In this document: piece after piece, positions 23,085 through 32,856 of the stretch
Position numbering within the stretch: position 1 is the first letter of the stretch
Layout: the number at the start of each line of letters is the position of its first letter
Virus record (IMG/VR): IMGVR_UViG_3300045988_118171
Strand: one strand, 5' to 3'
From: a virus
DNA length: 47,752 nucleotides
Translations under genes and position numbers: made by a program
The notes under the pieces: model-generated
The model's input: only the letters and a program-made list of their open reading frames with translations
What the model was told of the DNA's origin: nothing
Databases searched by the model: none

Positions 23085-23882
23085 GTGAAAAACATAGCTG
23101 CAATCAACCAGGAACGCAGGCGCATTGATGCCCTGAAACCTGCGGAGTACAATCCGAGGAAACGGCTGCAACCTGGGGACTCTGAGTACGAAGCTCTGAA
23201 ACGGAGCATCGAGACGTTTGGCTACGTTGATCCTATTATCGTCAACAAAGACGGTACAGTGATCGGCGGACACCAACGTCTTTTTGTTTTGGCTGACCTG
23301 GGATTCCTTGAAGCCGACGTTGCCGTTGTGGACCTCAACAAGCAGGACGAAAAGGCCCTGAACATTGCCTTGAATAAGATCAGCGGCGAATGGGATGAGG
23401 AAAAACTGGCGGCCATTTTCTCCGAGTTGAAACTGGATGGATACGACGCCACTGTTTCCGGCTTCCAGGATGACGAGATTGCCAGCCTCATCTCTGGGGT
23501 GGTGGCCGAGGAAGCCGAGGCTGCCGAGCAGTACAGCCGAAAGGTGGACGTCCCACACTACGAGATTACCGGGGAGACCCCAAAAATCAGCGAACTGTTC
23601 GACCAGTCAAAGGCCCTGGCTCTGCTGGACGACATCGAGAGCGACGGAAGCATCAGCGAAGAGGAACGGGAGTTCCTGAAACTTGCTTCCATGCGTCACG
23701 TCGTTTTTAATTACCGAAACATCGCCGAGTATTACGCCGCCGCCAGTCCTGCGATGCAGGGACTTATGGAAGATTCAGCCCTTGTGATCATCGATGTGGA
23801 CAGAGCGATTGCCAACGGCTATGTAGACCTGTCCAAAGTTGTTGAGGGCATTCTTGCTGACGGAGATGCTGACGGTGCGTGA
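23085..23882 (+). CDS. ParB-like N-terminal (ParB/Srx nuclease-fold) domain protein with unassigned C-terminal domain
   Basis: GTG start behind AGAGGTGG. Motifs LKPAEYNPR, FGYVDPIIVNKDGTVIGGHQRL, NKISGEWD. Confidence 0.75.
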   Translation: MKNIAAINQERRRIDALKPAEYNPRKRLQPGDSEYEALKRSIETFGYVDPIIVNKDGTVIGGHQRLFVLADLGFLEADVAVVDLNKQDEKALNIALNKISGEWDEEKLAAIFSELKLDGYDATVSGFQDDEIASLISGVVAEEAEAAEQYSRKVDVPHYEITGETPKISELFDQSKALALLDDIESDGSISEEEREFLKLASMRHVVFNYRNIAEYYAAASPAMQGLMEDSALVIIDVDRAIANGYVDLSKVVEGILADGDADGA

Positions 23883-24738
23883 CGACTTTGCTGTCTTTAT
23901 CTTGACACATGGCAGGGCTGATAACGTAGTTACGCTCAGGACCCTGGAGCGGCAGGGGTACAGAGGACGTTGGTACCTGATTATCGACGACGAGGACGCC
24001 ATGGCTCCGATTTACTATGAGAAATTCGGGAAGGATCACGTCGTCACATTCTGCAAGGCTGCTGCTGCCGACAGAACTGACACCATGGACAACTTCAACG
24101 AGCATCGAGCTATTCTGTACGCCAGGAATGAGAGCTTCCGAATTGCGCGGGAGCTTGGACTGATGTATTTTTTGCAGCTCGACGATGACTACTCCATTTT
24201 TATGCTCAGGTATCCTGATGGCAGTAAATTGGCCCACTTGACGCTCACGGGAAAAAACCTGGAGACGCTATTCGAGGCTATGATCGACTTTCTGGATTCC
24301 TCTGGGGCGCTGACCGTGGCGCTGGCTCAAGGCGGCGACTATATTGGGGGCCTTGCCGGTGGCGCTTACGAAAAACGCTTGCTGCGTAAGGCCATGAACA
24401 CGTTTTTCTGCCGAACTGACCGCCCGATAGAGTTCCGAGGGACCATGAACGAGGATGTTACGACATATACCACGCTGGGGAGCCGGGGGGACTTGTTCTT
24501 CACTGTCGCGGATGCCTGCATTGCTCAGTTGCAGACACAATCTCTGAGCGGCGGCATGAGCGAGGCGTATTCTGAATCTGGGACCTACTTAAAAACTTTC
24601 TATTCGGTCATGTCTATGCCGTCCTGCATCAAGGTCAGCATAATGGGAGAAGGACACAAACGCATCCACCACAGAATCAACTGGGAGTGCTGCGTCCCTA
24701 AAATCCTGGACGAAAAATACAGAAAGGACGTTGACTGA
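23866..24738 (+). CDS. GT-A-fold-like glycosyltransferase candidate (family not recognised with certainty)
   Basis: FAVFILTHGRADNVVT beta-strand start, YFLQLDDDY (DxD) motif, about 290 aa. Start uncertain (23839, 23866 or 23876). Confidence 0.4.
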   Translation: MLTVRDDFAVFILTHGRADNVVTLRTLERQGYRGRWYLIIDDEDAMAPIYYEKFGKDHVVTFCKAAAADRTDTMDNFNEHRAILYARNESFRIARELGLMYFLQLDDDYSIFMLRYPDGSKLAHLTLTGKNLETLFEAMIDFLDSSGALTVALAQGGDYIGGLAGGAYEKRLLRKAMNTFFCRTDRPIEFRGTMNEDVTTYTTLGSRGDLFFTVADACIAQLQTQSLSGGMSEAYSESGTYLKTFYSVMSMPSCIKVSIMGEGHKRIHHRINWECCVPKILDEKYRKDVD

Positions 24739-25697
24739 TGCTAGGAATCACTGGCGACAAGATGCTGTCGCACCTTGACAGGATCGTCGGAGACCACAGG
24801 CCCATAACAGCCGACGTGTTTCTGACCAACTACTGCAACAACAGTTGCCCGTACTGCACATACCGTCGCTGGAACCTGGAGGACGGCGCGTACTCGATGG
24901 GCTATGACGAATTTGTCCTGTATGCTGAACGGCTGCTGTCGTTTGGAGTGCAGGGCATTATCCTGACCGGGGGCGGAGAACCTACCGTCTGCCGGGATTT
25001 TGAAAAGATCACGGCATGGATGGAGTCGCGCTCAATTCACTACGGAATCAACACGAATCTCAATCGGATGGTCCGTATCAAGCCTGACTATCTCAAGGTC
25101 AGTTTGGACGGCTGGGACGAGGATAGCTACGCCGAGCGCCGGGGCGTCCGGCATTATCAGCTCGCACGAAAAAATATCCAGGCGTATGCAGCATGGAAGC
25201 GAGAGAACAGCCCTAGTACGTCCCTGGGTATCCAGTGTGTGGTCAAATCTGTGGAAGATGTGGAAAAGTTCTTCTCTGCCAATAGGGATTTGGACGTTGA
25301 CTACATCGTTTTCAGGCCGGAAGAAAGCACCGGCGGGAAAGCCTACGCTGGGGAATCTGCGCGGGCGACTGCTGCTGAAATTATTCAGGCCGTGAATAAT
25401 CTTACAGAGATAGACAGCCGTGTTGTGTGCAATTTCAAGTGGCATTTGCTGGGCGTCCAGGAGCGCGATTGCGTGGCTGCCTGGTCGCAAATAGCCATGA
25501 ATGAGCGTGGCGGCATTATGTTCTGCTGCCACAAGCCGTACCAAGTCCTGGGCCACATTATGGACGAGGATATTCTGGAGAAAAAGGCGGCTGCTGTAAC
25601 GGATATGCGAACCTGCGATGTTCCGTGTAGGCTGACAGCGCCAAACGCTTTTGTAGCCAGCACAATGGCTGAGAGAAAGGACGCTTGTTTTTTATGA
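24738..25697 (+). CDS. Radical SAM enzyme with a SPASM/twitch-like C-terminal Cys pattern
   Basis: CNNSCPYC (Cx3Cx2C), LTGGGEPT, then C-x13-G-x4-C (DCVAAWSQIAMNERGGIMFCC) and CDVPC. TGATG overlap with the upstream gene. Confidence 0.85.
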   Translation: MLGITGDKMLSHLDRIVGDHRPITADVFLTNYCNNSCPYCTYRRWNLEDGAYSMGYDEFVLYAERLLSFGVQGIILTGGGEPTVCRDFEKITAWMESRSIHYGINTNLNRMVRIKPDYLKVSLDGWDEDSYAERRGVRHYQLARKNIQAYAAWKRENSPSTSLGIQCVVKSVEDVEKFFSANRDLDVDYIVFRPEESTGGKAYAGESARATAAEIIQAVNNLTEIDSRVVCNFKWHLLGVQERDCVAAWSQIAMNERGGIMFCCHKPYQVLGHIMDEDILEKKAAAVTDMRTCDVPCRLTAPNAFVASTMAERKDACFL

Positions 25698-25717
25698 TCT
25701 AAAGGCGGGGTGATCTT

Positions 25718-26278
25718 ATGGCAGAACAGAGCAACTTACAACCGACGGCTGTGATAGCCCAGATATTTGGCGTCTCTGTCCGCCGAGTGGAGCAGCTAAA
25801 GGCCGAGGGTATCATAAAGGGCCACGGGAAGCCGACGAAGTATGATCTTCTGCCGACGATCAAGGCGTACATATCCTACCTATCCGACAAGGCACATGGG
25901 CGGGAGAAGAAGCAGACCGATGCACAGTTGGCAACAGCGAAGCTGGAGGCCGAGAAGCGAATCAAGGTCGCCAAGGCGGAAATGGCCGAGCTGGAGCTAC
26001 GCGAGTTGAAAGGTGAGCTGCACAGGGCGTCTGACGTTGAGGCTATCACGACGGACCACGTTATGTTTTTGCGCTCCATGCTTATGGCGCTGCCTGGTAA
26101 GGTGGCCGTAGATATGGCCGCGATACAGTCCGCGCCGGAGGCTGCGGAGCGCATGAAACAGGAGGTATACAACATCCTTGGGCGGCTTGCCTCATATCGG
26201 TACGACCCTGACGAATACAAAGAGCGAGTGATGGAAAGGCAGGGCTGGAATGAGCGACAGGGAGACGACGACGATTAA
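25718..26278 (+). CDS. Terminase small subunit (Nu1-like HTH plus coiled coil)
   Basis: N-terminal HTH (IAQIFGVSVRRVEQLKAEGII). Position and overlap with terL. Confidence 0.65.
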   Translation: MAEQSNLQPTAVIAQIFGVSVRRVEQLKAEGIIKGHGKPTKYDLLPTIKAYISYLSDKAHGREKKQTDAQLATAKLEAEKRIKVAKAEMAELELRELKGELHRASDVEAITTDHVMFLRSMLMALPGKVAVDMAAIQSAPEAAERMKQEVYNILGRLASYRYDPDEYKERVMERQGWNERQGDDDD

Positions 26279-28193
26279 AAAACGTCGTATGCGTTCCGTA
26301 GATCGGACCTTCGCCCGTTCCTTTGCAAACTACACGCCCCCTGCCGACCTGACCGTTTCCGAGTGGGCAGAGGCCCACAGAGTTCTGTCCAGGGAAAACA
26401 GTGCCGAGTCTGGCCCGTGGCGCAATGCCCGGACCCCGTACCTAGTGGAGATCATGGACGCTTTTACCGACCCGAAGGTCGAAAAAATAAGTCTGGTGGC
26501 TTCATCCCAGGTCGGCAAGTCCGAGCTGGAGCTGAACATCATCGGCTATATCATCGACCAGGACCCCGGCTCAATCCTGTACATCCAACCGACGGTTGAC
26601 GACGCGAAGAAATTCTCCCGGCTGCGTATTGCGCCGATGATTCGAGATAGCCTGACGCTGCGGACGAAGGTCGCGGACATCAAAAGCCGGGACAGCGGCA
26701 ACACCATGTTGCAAAAGAGCTTTCCCGGCGGGATGCTGACCATCGTCGGCTCCAACAGTGCCAGCGGCCTTTCCTCTACCCCGGCGAAGTACGTCCTTGG
26801 CGACGAGCGTGATAGGTGGGCCCTATCGGCAGGGACCGAGGGCGACCCCTGGGCGCTTGCTGAGGCCCGGACGACGACGTTTTACAATTCAAAGATGGTG
26901 GATGTATCCACCCCGACGGATAAAGAGGCCAGCCCCATTGCCAAGTCGTTCAACGAGGGCACGAGGGAACGCTGGTGCCATAAATGCCCGCACTGCGGGG
27001 AGTATTCCAACATCGTTTTTGACAACATCAAATTTGATTTTGAGACTGTCGGAAGCGGCAGAAAAAAGGATTACATCGTAAATTCTGTTTCGTGGAGCTG
27101 CCCGGAGTGCGGCTGCCTGTCCAGTGAGGACGAAATGCGTAGGCAGCCAGCAGAGTGGATAGCCGAGAACCCCGAAGCCTATGACAAGGGGCATAGATCA
27201 TTCTGGCTAAACGCCTTTTCTTCGCCGTGGCAGGCGTGGTCAAAGGTAGTCTATTCGTTTCTGGTTGCTCGAAAGGACCCGCAGCGTCTCAAGGTTGTCT
27301 ACAACACAATGCTTGGGGAACTCTGGGAGGATCGCGGAGACCTGGAGGACGAGGACACCATGCTGGGCCGCCGTGAAGATTACGGCCACCGAGACGACGG
27401 GACCCCGGTAGAACTGCCAGAGGGCGTCCTGGCTCTGACGTGCGGTGTCGATACGCAGGACGACCGCCTGGAGTATGAGGTCTTGGGGCACGGCCACTAT
27501 GGCGAAACCTGGGGCATCAAAAAGGGCATTATCATGGGCGACCCTGCTTACGACGAACCCTGGGAACGGCTGGACGACGTTCTGGAGCACGTTTACCGGT
27601 TCCGGGATGATAGAGGGCTGACCATAGCCCGGACGTTCGTAGACAGCGGCGGGCACAAGACTCAGCACGTCTATACCCAGTGCAGGGCGCGGCTGCATAA
27701 GCGCGTTTTTGCAATAAAAGGTCAGGGCGGGGACGGAATACCGTTCACCAAGCCGCCCAGCAAGGTCAAAATCATAGTCAACGGGAAAGCGATGGGCCAA
27801 ACTTGGCTCTACGTCCTGGGCGTTGACGCAGGCAAGGCGGACATATTTGCCGCCCTGAAAGTACAAGAAGCCGGTCCGAAGTTCTGTCACTTCCCGAAGG
27901 GGGAGCAACGGGGCTACGACGTGGCTTTTTTTAATGGGCTTTTATCCGAAAAGCTGGTTATGAAGTCCGAGCGAGGCCGGACGCGCTGGGCGTGGGTGAA
28001 GCTGCCGGGGCATGAGCGAAACGAGGCCCTAGACTGCCGAAACTATGCGCTTGCTGCGTTCCGGTCCTGGGACCCTGACCTTGACGCCGTGGAGCGCAGG
28101 CTTCGGGGCGTTGGGGATTCTGCGGAAACAAAACAGAAAACACGGCGGCGCGGTGTGGTCAAGCGCAGAACGTCCGCCGGTGACGATTGGTAG
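26250..28193 (+). CDS. Terminase large subunit, lambda gpA family
   Basis: 647 aa. SEWAE..R.L....SAE.GPWR...TPYL.EIMDA and Walker-like SSQVGKSE. Confidence 0.9.
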   Translation: MSDRETTTIKKRRMRSVDRTFARSFANYTPPADLTVSEWAEAHRVLSRENSAESGPWRNARTPYLVEIMDAFTDPKVEKISLVASSQVGKSELELNIIGYIIDQDPGSILYIQPTVDDAKKFSRLRIAPMIRDSLTLRTKVADIKSRDSGNTMLQKSFPGGMLTIVGSNSASGLSSTPAKYVLGDERDRWALSAGTEGDPWALAEARTTTFYNSKMVDVSTPTDKEASPIAKSFNEGTRERWCHKCPHCGEYSNIVFDNIKFDFETVGSGRKKDYIVNSVSWSCPECGCLSSEDEMRRQPAEWIAENPEAYDKGHRSFWLNAFSSPWQAWSKVVYSFLVARKDPQRLKVVYNTMLGELWEDRGDLEDEDTMLGRREDYGHRDDGTPVELPEGVLALTCGVDTQDDRLEYEVLGHGHYGETWGIKKGIIMGDPAYDEPWERLDDVLEHVYRFRDDRGLTIARTFVDSGGHKTQHVYTQCRARLHKRVFAIKGQGGDGIPFTKPPSKVKIIVNGKAMGQTWLYVLGVDAGKADIFAALKVQEAGPKFCHFPKGEQRGYDVAFFNGLLSEKLVMKSERGRTRWAWVKLPGHERNEALDCRNYALAAFRSWDPDLDAVERRLRGVGDSAETKQKTRRRGVVKRRTSAGDDW

Positions 28194-28204
28194 GAGGGTT
28201 ACAC

Positions 28205-28462
28205 ATGGCGAGTAGAACGGTGCTAGAGCTACGGCTTGAGCGGAAGAAAGAGGCCCTTGCAGCCGCCGAGGAAGCGTACATTGCACTGCTGAAAGGCCAG
28301 GTCAAGGCATACGCAATCGGTAGCCGGAACCTGACGCGCTTTGATCTTCCGCAACTGGAGGACACCATTGCGAAGTTGGAAAAAGAAATCGACGAGCTGG
28401 AGTCACAGCTCAACGGTGGACGCCGCCGAAAGGCTGTGTCTGTGATTCCCCGCGACTGGTGA
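28205..28462 (+). CDS. gpW-like head-tail joining protein
   Basis: Start moved to ATG 28205. Size, position after terL, and a helical pattern ending RRRKAVSVIP. Confidence 0.6.
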   Translation: MASRTVLELRLERKKEALAAAEEAYIALLKGQVKAYAIGSRNLTRFDLPQLEDTIAKLEKEIDELESQLNGGRRRKAVSVIPRDW

Positions 28463-28528
28463 TTATTCCGTCGGTTATCAGCCCGCACAAGTGGGCTTTT
28501 AACATAAAACCGAAGAAAGGAGGAAGCA

Positions 28529-30148
28529 ATGGGAACGCAAGTCAAACCTAAAATCACCGCCAATTCTCGCGTGGTTATGAAAGGCTACTCTCAGGCCGGG
28601 GCCAGCTACACAAAAAAAGCACTGAAAGGCTTCCGTGTAGCCAGCGGCGCACCGTCTGAGGACATTGACCAGAATAACTACACCCTGCGGCAGCGTAGCC
28701 GGATGTTATACATGGGTGCCCCGATTGCCACGGCAGCCCTAAAGCGACAGCGGACGAACATTGTCGGCTCTGGCCTCTGGCTGAAAAGCACAATCGACCG
28801 GGACACTCTGGGGATGACCAAGGAACAGGCGGAAGCGTGGCAGCGCAGGACGCAGGCCGAGTTTGCCCTCTGGGCTGAGAAGAAACAGACCTGTGACGCC
28901 ACTGGCCTGAACAATTTCTATGGGATGCAGCAGCTTGTGGCCCTATCCTGGCCCATGTCCGGGGACGTGTTTGCCCTGGTCAAGCGGGCCAAGGTGACGC
29001 CACTGGCCCCGTACTCCCTGCGCCTGCATCTGCTGGAGGCAGACCGGGTGCGGACGCCCACGGCAAGCGGCGGCCTGTTTGCTGCCAACCAGACCAAGGG
29101 CAAGAACCCGACGACCGGCAACACCATCTATGACGGCGTGGAGGTGGACCGGAACGGGGCTATTGTGGCCTATCACATTGCCAACACCTACCCGTATCAA
29201 TACGACGGGACCCCGACCGAGTGGGTCCGCGTGGCGGCTTATGGGGCTGGGACAGGATTGCCCAATATCCTGCACATCATGGATTCTGAGCGCCCGGACC
29301 AGTACCGGGGCGTCCCGTATCTGGCCCAAGCTATTGAGCCATTGCTGCAACTGCGCCGGTACACCGAGGCCGAGATCATGGCCGCCGTGGTGCAGAGCTT
29401 TTTCACTGCCTTTGTCAAGACTGAGGCCGGGGCCGATGATATGCCATTCAACGAGCCAATCAGTGCCGACCAGGACGAGGTGAGCAAGGACCCGAACGAG
29501 TATGAGCTGGGACCTGGAGCCATGAACATCATGGAGCCTGGGGAGGACATTACATTTGCCAGCCCAACCCATCCGAACACCGGCTTTGATACGTTCGTCC
29601 GCGCCATTGTGGAGCAGGTAGGGGCCTGTCTGGAGATCCCCGCCGACCTTATGATGATGTCGTTCAGTTCCAGCTATTCAGCGTCGCGGGCGGCCCTGCT
29701 GGAAGCCTGGAAGGGATTCAAAATGAGGCGCGAGTGGCTGGCGGATGACTTCTGTCGCCCGGTGTACGAGCTATGGCTGACTGAGGCTGTGGCCCGTGGG
29801 CGTATCTCTGCCCCCGGCTTTTTGACTGACCCCATCATCCGACAGGCGTACCTTGGCAGTGAATGGATCGGACCGTCTCAGGGACAGCTCGACCCGACGA
29901 AGGAAGTTTCTGCCGCTGTGACCGCCGTTGAGAATGGATTCTCGACTCGCGAGGCCGAGTCCATCAAACTGAACGGCAGCGAGTACAGCCGGAACGTGGA
30001 CAAGCTGACCACGGAAAATGAGCAGCTGAGGGCGGCGACCGGCGGGAGCACCCAACCGACACAGGCTGTACCCGTGGAACCCACAGAACCGCCCGACGAC
30101 AACGAAGGAATGGAGGGAAAACCCGATGGGCAAAACGATCCCATTTAG
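28529..30148 (+). CDS. Portal protein, lambda gpB family
   Basis: 539 aa in canonical position; YTLRQRSRMLY..AP.A pattern. Confidence 0.85.
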   Translation: MGTQVKPKITANSRVVMKGYSQAGASYTKKALKGFRVASGAPSEDIDQNNYTLRQRSRMLYMGAPIATAALKRQRTNIVGSGLWLKSTIDRDTLGMTKEQAEAWQRRTQAEFALWAEKKQTCDATGLNNFYGMQQLVALSWPMSGDVFALVKRAKVTPLAPYSLRLHLLEADRVRTPTASGGLFAANQTKGKNPTTGNTIYDGVEVDRNGAIVAYHIANTYPYQYDGTPTEWVRVAAYGAGTGLPNILHIMDSERPDQYRGVPYLAQAIEPLLQLRRYTEAEIMAAVVQSFFTAFVKTEAGADDMPFNEPISADQDEVSKDPNEYELGPGAMNIMEPGEDITFASPTHPNTGFDTFVRAIVEQVGACLEIPADLMMMSFSSSYSASRAALLEAWKGFKMRREWLADDFCRPVYELWLTEAVARGRISAPGFLTDPIIRQAYLGSEWIGPSQGQLDPTKEVSAAVTAVENGFSTREAESIKLNGSEYSRNVDKLTTENEQLRAATGGSTQPTQAVPVEPTEPPDDNEGMEGKPDGQNDPI

Positions 30149-31346
30149 ACCCTACACCATCAACATGGTGGGCGAGAATGACGCCGAAATCAACATGTAT
30201 GGTGAGATCGTAGAGGAACACCCTACGGACTGGTGGACTGGCGAACCTGTCCCTGGCAATTTCATTGCCCTGGACGACTTTCTTGCAGACCTGGATGACC
30301 TGCGTACTAAGGACAACATCACCGTCCACATCAACAGCGTGGGCGGCAGCCTGTACGCTGGTGTCTCGATCTATAACCGGCTGAAAGAGCTTCCGGCCAA
30401 CGTCGTGACCATCAACGACGGCCTTGCTGCTTCTGCTGCCAGCGTTATATTCCAGGCTGGTAATCCCAGAAAGGTAAATGCCGGTAGCTGCCTGATGATC
30501 CACGAGGCCGCAGCGCTGCTGATTGGCTACTTCCAGACGAAGGACCTCAAAACTGAGATGAAACGGCTGGATGCCCACAATCGGACAGCTATCGCAGCCT
30601 ATGCCGAGGCTACCGGCATTGACTCGGACACTATCAAGAGTGCCCTGTCAAAAGAAACCTGGATGACCGGCCAGGAGGCGGTCGATGCTGGCTATGCCGA
30701 TGAGGTCATTGACAGCGGGGGCAAAGTCAGCATGAGCTTGTCCCCGGATAAAAGATTCATCGTGTCCAACGGTGTGGCTATGTCCGCCCGTGGCATGGGT
30801 GCCTATCCTACTGGCATCAAAACTATGACGGCGGCGCAGGCCGCTATTTTTGTGGGCAAAAACGCCCAGGAACCCAGTGTACCGCCTGCCCAGCAGGTTA
30901 GTGCAAAAACAAAAACAGGAGGCAAGAACATGGACAAGATCACCACTATGGAGGCCCTGCGAGAGGCATACCCTGACCTGGTATCTCAGGTCGAGGCTGC
31001 TGCCAAGGCATCCGAAAAGGCCGACGGCATCCAGGCTGAACGCGCCCGCATCCAGGGCATTGAGGCTATCGAGGCCGCCATTGGCGACAAGGAGCTGGTC
31101 AAGGCCGCCAAGTACGGCGACACTCCCTTGACCGCCGAGCAGCTGGCTTTCAAGGCCATGCAGGCCCAGGCAGCTATCGGCGCGACTGTCGTCAAGAACC
31201 TGGAGGACGATGCAGCCAACTCCGGCGCTGCTGGTGTGGCTGCTGATCCCACCGGCGGCGACCCAAAGGCAAAAGCAGAGGACGAAGAGGCCCAGGCAGT
31301 CAGCATGATTGCCGGTTTCCGTCCCAAGAACAAGAAGGAGGGCTAA
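30126..31346 (+). CDS. Prohead protease (ClpP/S49-like) fused to a scaffold-like C-terminal region
   Basis: INSVGGSLYAGVSIYN...AASAASVIFQAG...MIHEA ClpP-type motifs, with an Ala/Glu-rich helical C-terminus. Confidence 0.8.
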   Translation: MGKTIPFRPYTINMVGENDAEINMYGEIVEEHPTDWWTGEPVPGNFIALDDFLADLDDLRTKDNITVHINSVGGSLYAGVSIYNRLKELPANVVTINDGLAASAASVIFQAGNPRKVNAGSCLMIHEAAALLIGYFQTKDLKTEMKRLDAHNRTAIAAYAEATGIDSDTIKSALSKETWMTGQEAVDAGYADEVIDSGGKVSMSLSPDKRFIVSNGVAMSARGMGAYPTGIKTMTAAQAAIFVGKNAQEPSVPPAQQVSAKTKTGGKNMDKITTMEALREAYPDLVSQVEAAAKASEKADGIQAERARIQGIEAIEAAIGDKELVKAAKYGDTPLTAEQLAFKAMQAQAAIGATVVKNLEDDAANSGAAGVAADPTGGDPKAKAEDEEAQAVSMIAGFRPKNKKEG

Positions 31347-31349
31347 ACA

Positions 31350-31745
31350 ATGGCTAACTACGAAGTTATGGGCGAAGTGAAGTACGCCAACATCTGGAAC
31401 AGCGTTGACGTTCCCATCATCACCGGCCTGCGTACCATCCGCAAGCTGACTGGTGCCGCTGCTACCTACAAGGCTGGTACTGCTCTGGCACTGTCCGGCG
31501 GCACCGCAGGAGACGACAAACTGGTGATCCTGGGCACCGCTGCCGCATCCAATGAGACTCTGACCGCCAACTGCATCCTGGCCGAGGACGTTGAGGTTGG
31601 CACCGACGCTGACGTGCAGGCACTCGTTTTCCTGTCCGGCCACGCCAACGCCAACAAGCTGGCTGTCGCATCCAGCCACACTATCACCGCCGCTGAGATC
31701 GAGGCTTTCCGCGCTGCCGGAATTTACCTCGAAAACGCAATGTAA
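31350..31745 (+). CDS. Head decoration protein (gpD-like)
   Basis: 131 aa, between the protease and the capsid gene; Ala/Gly-rich beta pattern. Confidence 0.6.
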   Translation: MANYEVMGEVKYANIWNSVDVPIITGLRTIRKLTGAAATYKAGTALALSGGTAGDDKLVILGTAAASNETLTANCILAEDVEVGTDADVQALVFLSGHANANKLAVASSHTITAAEIEAFRAAGIYLENAM

Positions 31746-31759
31746 GGGAGGGCTACAAA

Positions 31760-32833
31760 ATGGCATTTGACCTGTATAAAACCAAAACCATGCTGTCTGC
31801 CGTTGAGCAGATGGAACCGATTCACTCTTTTCTTCGTGACCGCTATTTTCCCACCGGTGCGGGCGACCTGTTCCCCACCGACGAGGTCCTGATTGAGTAC
31901 CGCGACGGTACCAACAGAGCCATGGCCCCTGTTGTGGTGGACGGCCACGACGGCATCACCGTTGGCCGTAACGGCTACAAGACCTTCCGCATGGAGCCGC
32001 CCCTTGTGGCACCCAAACGCCACCTGTCCGAGGATGACCTGCGGAAAAAGGGCTTCGGCGAGGACCTGTTCAGCAATATCACCCCTGAGCAGCGGCAGGC
32101 ACAGTTGCTGGCCCAGGACCTGACCGAGCTGGACGAGCTGCACACCAACCGTGAAGAGTACATCGCCTCCAAGTGCATTTTCGAGAACGGCTACACCCTG
32201 AACCAGTGGGCCGACGAGTACGGCACCACCGGCAAGTCCAAGGCGTATGTGATGAAGTTCTACACTGAGGGTTCCAACCCCGCCACTTACACCCCTGGCA
32301 CCAAGTGGGGCGCGACCGGCTCCGATAAGATGGCTGACTTGCTGGTCATGGCCCGCCAGCTGACCACCGCCGGGAACGCTGCCACCGACGTGCTGCTGGG
32401 CTTCGACGCCGCCGACGCGCTGATGAACGACGAGACCATCAAGAAGCTGATGGACCTGAACCGTTACGACGCCGGTCAGATTGCGCCCCAGCTCATGCAG
32501 GACGGCGCGGCCCTGCTGGGCGTCCTGAACGTCCGTGGTCATCGTCTGAATCTCATCACCTATGACGGCACCTACAAGGACGAGACCACCGGCACCATCA
32601 CCGCCTATGTTCCCGCAAAGCAGATTTGCGTGACCGCCCCCGGCGCTGGCCGCGCCCTCTATGGCTGCGTGACCCAGACCGAGCAGGCTGACGGTGTTTT
32701 TCACAGCTACATGGGCCGCCGTGTGCCTCGCTACTGGTCCGACAAGAAGGGCCGCGAGCTGCGTCTGGCCTCCAAGCCCCTGCTGGTACCCCGTACCAAG
32801 AACCCCTTCATTTCTGCCACCGTGCTGGACTGA
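31760..32833 (+). CDS. Major capsid protein, lambda gpE family
   Basis: FLRDRYFP....LFPTDEVLIEYRDG.R.MAP.V pattern; 357 aa. Confidence 0.9.
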   Translation: MAFDLYKTKTMLSAVEQMEPIHSFLRDRYFPTGAGDLFPTDEVLIEYRDGTNRAMAPVVVDGHDGITVGRNGYKTFRMEPPLVAPKRHLSEDDLRKKGFGEDLFSNITPEQRQAQLLAQDLTELDELHTNREEYIASKCIFENGYTLNQWADEYGTTGKSKAYVMKFYTEGSNPATYTPGTKWGATGSDKMADLLVMARQLTTAGNAATDVLLGFDAADALMNDETIKKLMDLNRYDAGQIAPQLMQDGAALLGVLNVRGHRLNLITYDGTYKDETTGTITAYVPAKQICVTAPGAGRALYGCVTQTEQADGVFHSYMGRRVPRYWSDKKGRELRLASKPLLVPRTKNPFISATVLD

Positions 32834-32856
32834 GGGACCGAGAGGAGCAAAAACAC

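Noticed and set aside
22601-23088. Two track ORFs (22601..22837 on the - strand, 22819..23088 on the + strand) as protein-coding genes.
   Set aside because: Neither has an RBS. Their compositions are Cys/Arg/Pro/Gly-rich junk, they overlap each other, and the region has RNA-like stems instead.
24738-25697. The radical SAM gene as QueE (7-deazaguanine pathway), a viperin-like enzyme, or a RiPP (sactipeptide/glycocin) maturase.
   Set aside because: There are no QueC/QueD/FolE/DpdA genes for the 7-deazaguanine route. The viperin-type motifs are not seen. For a RiPP role, there is no small precursor ORF, transporter or leader peptidase nearby; the neighbours are a ParB-like gene and the terminase.
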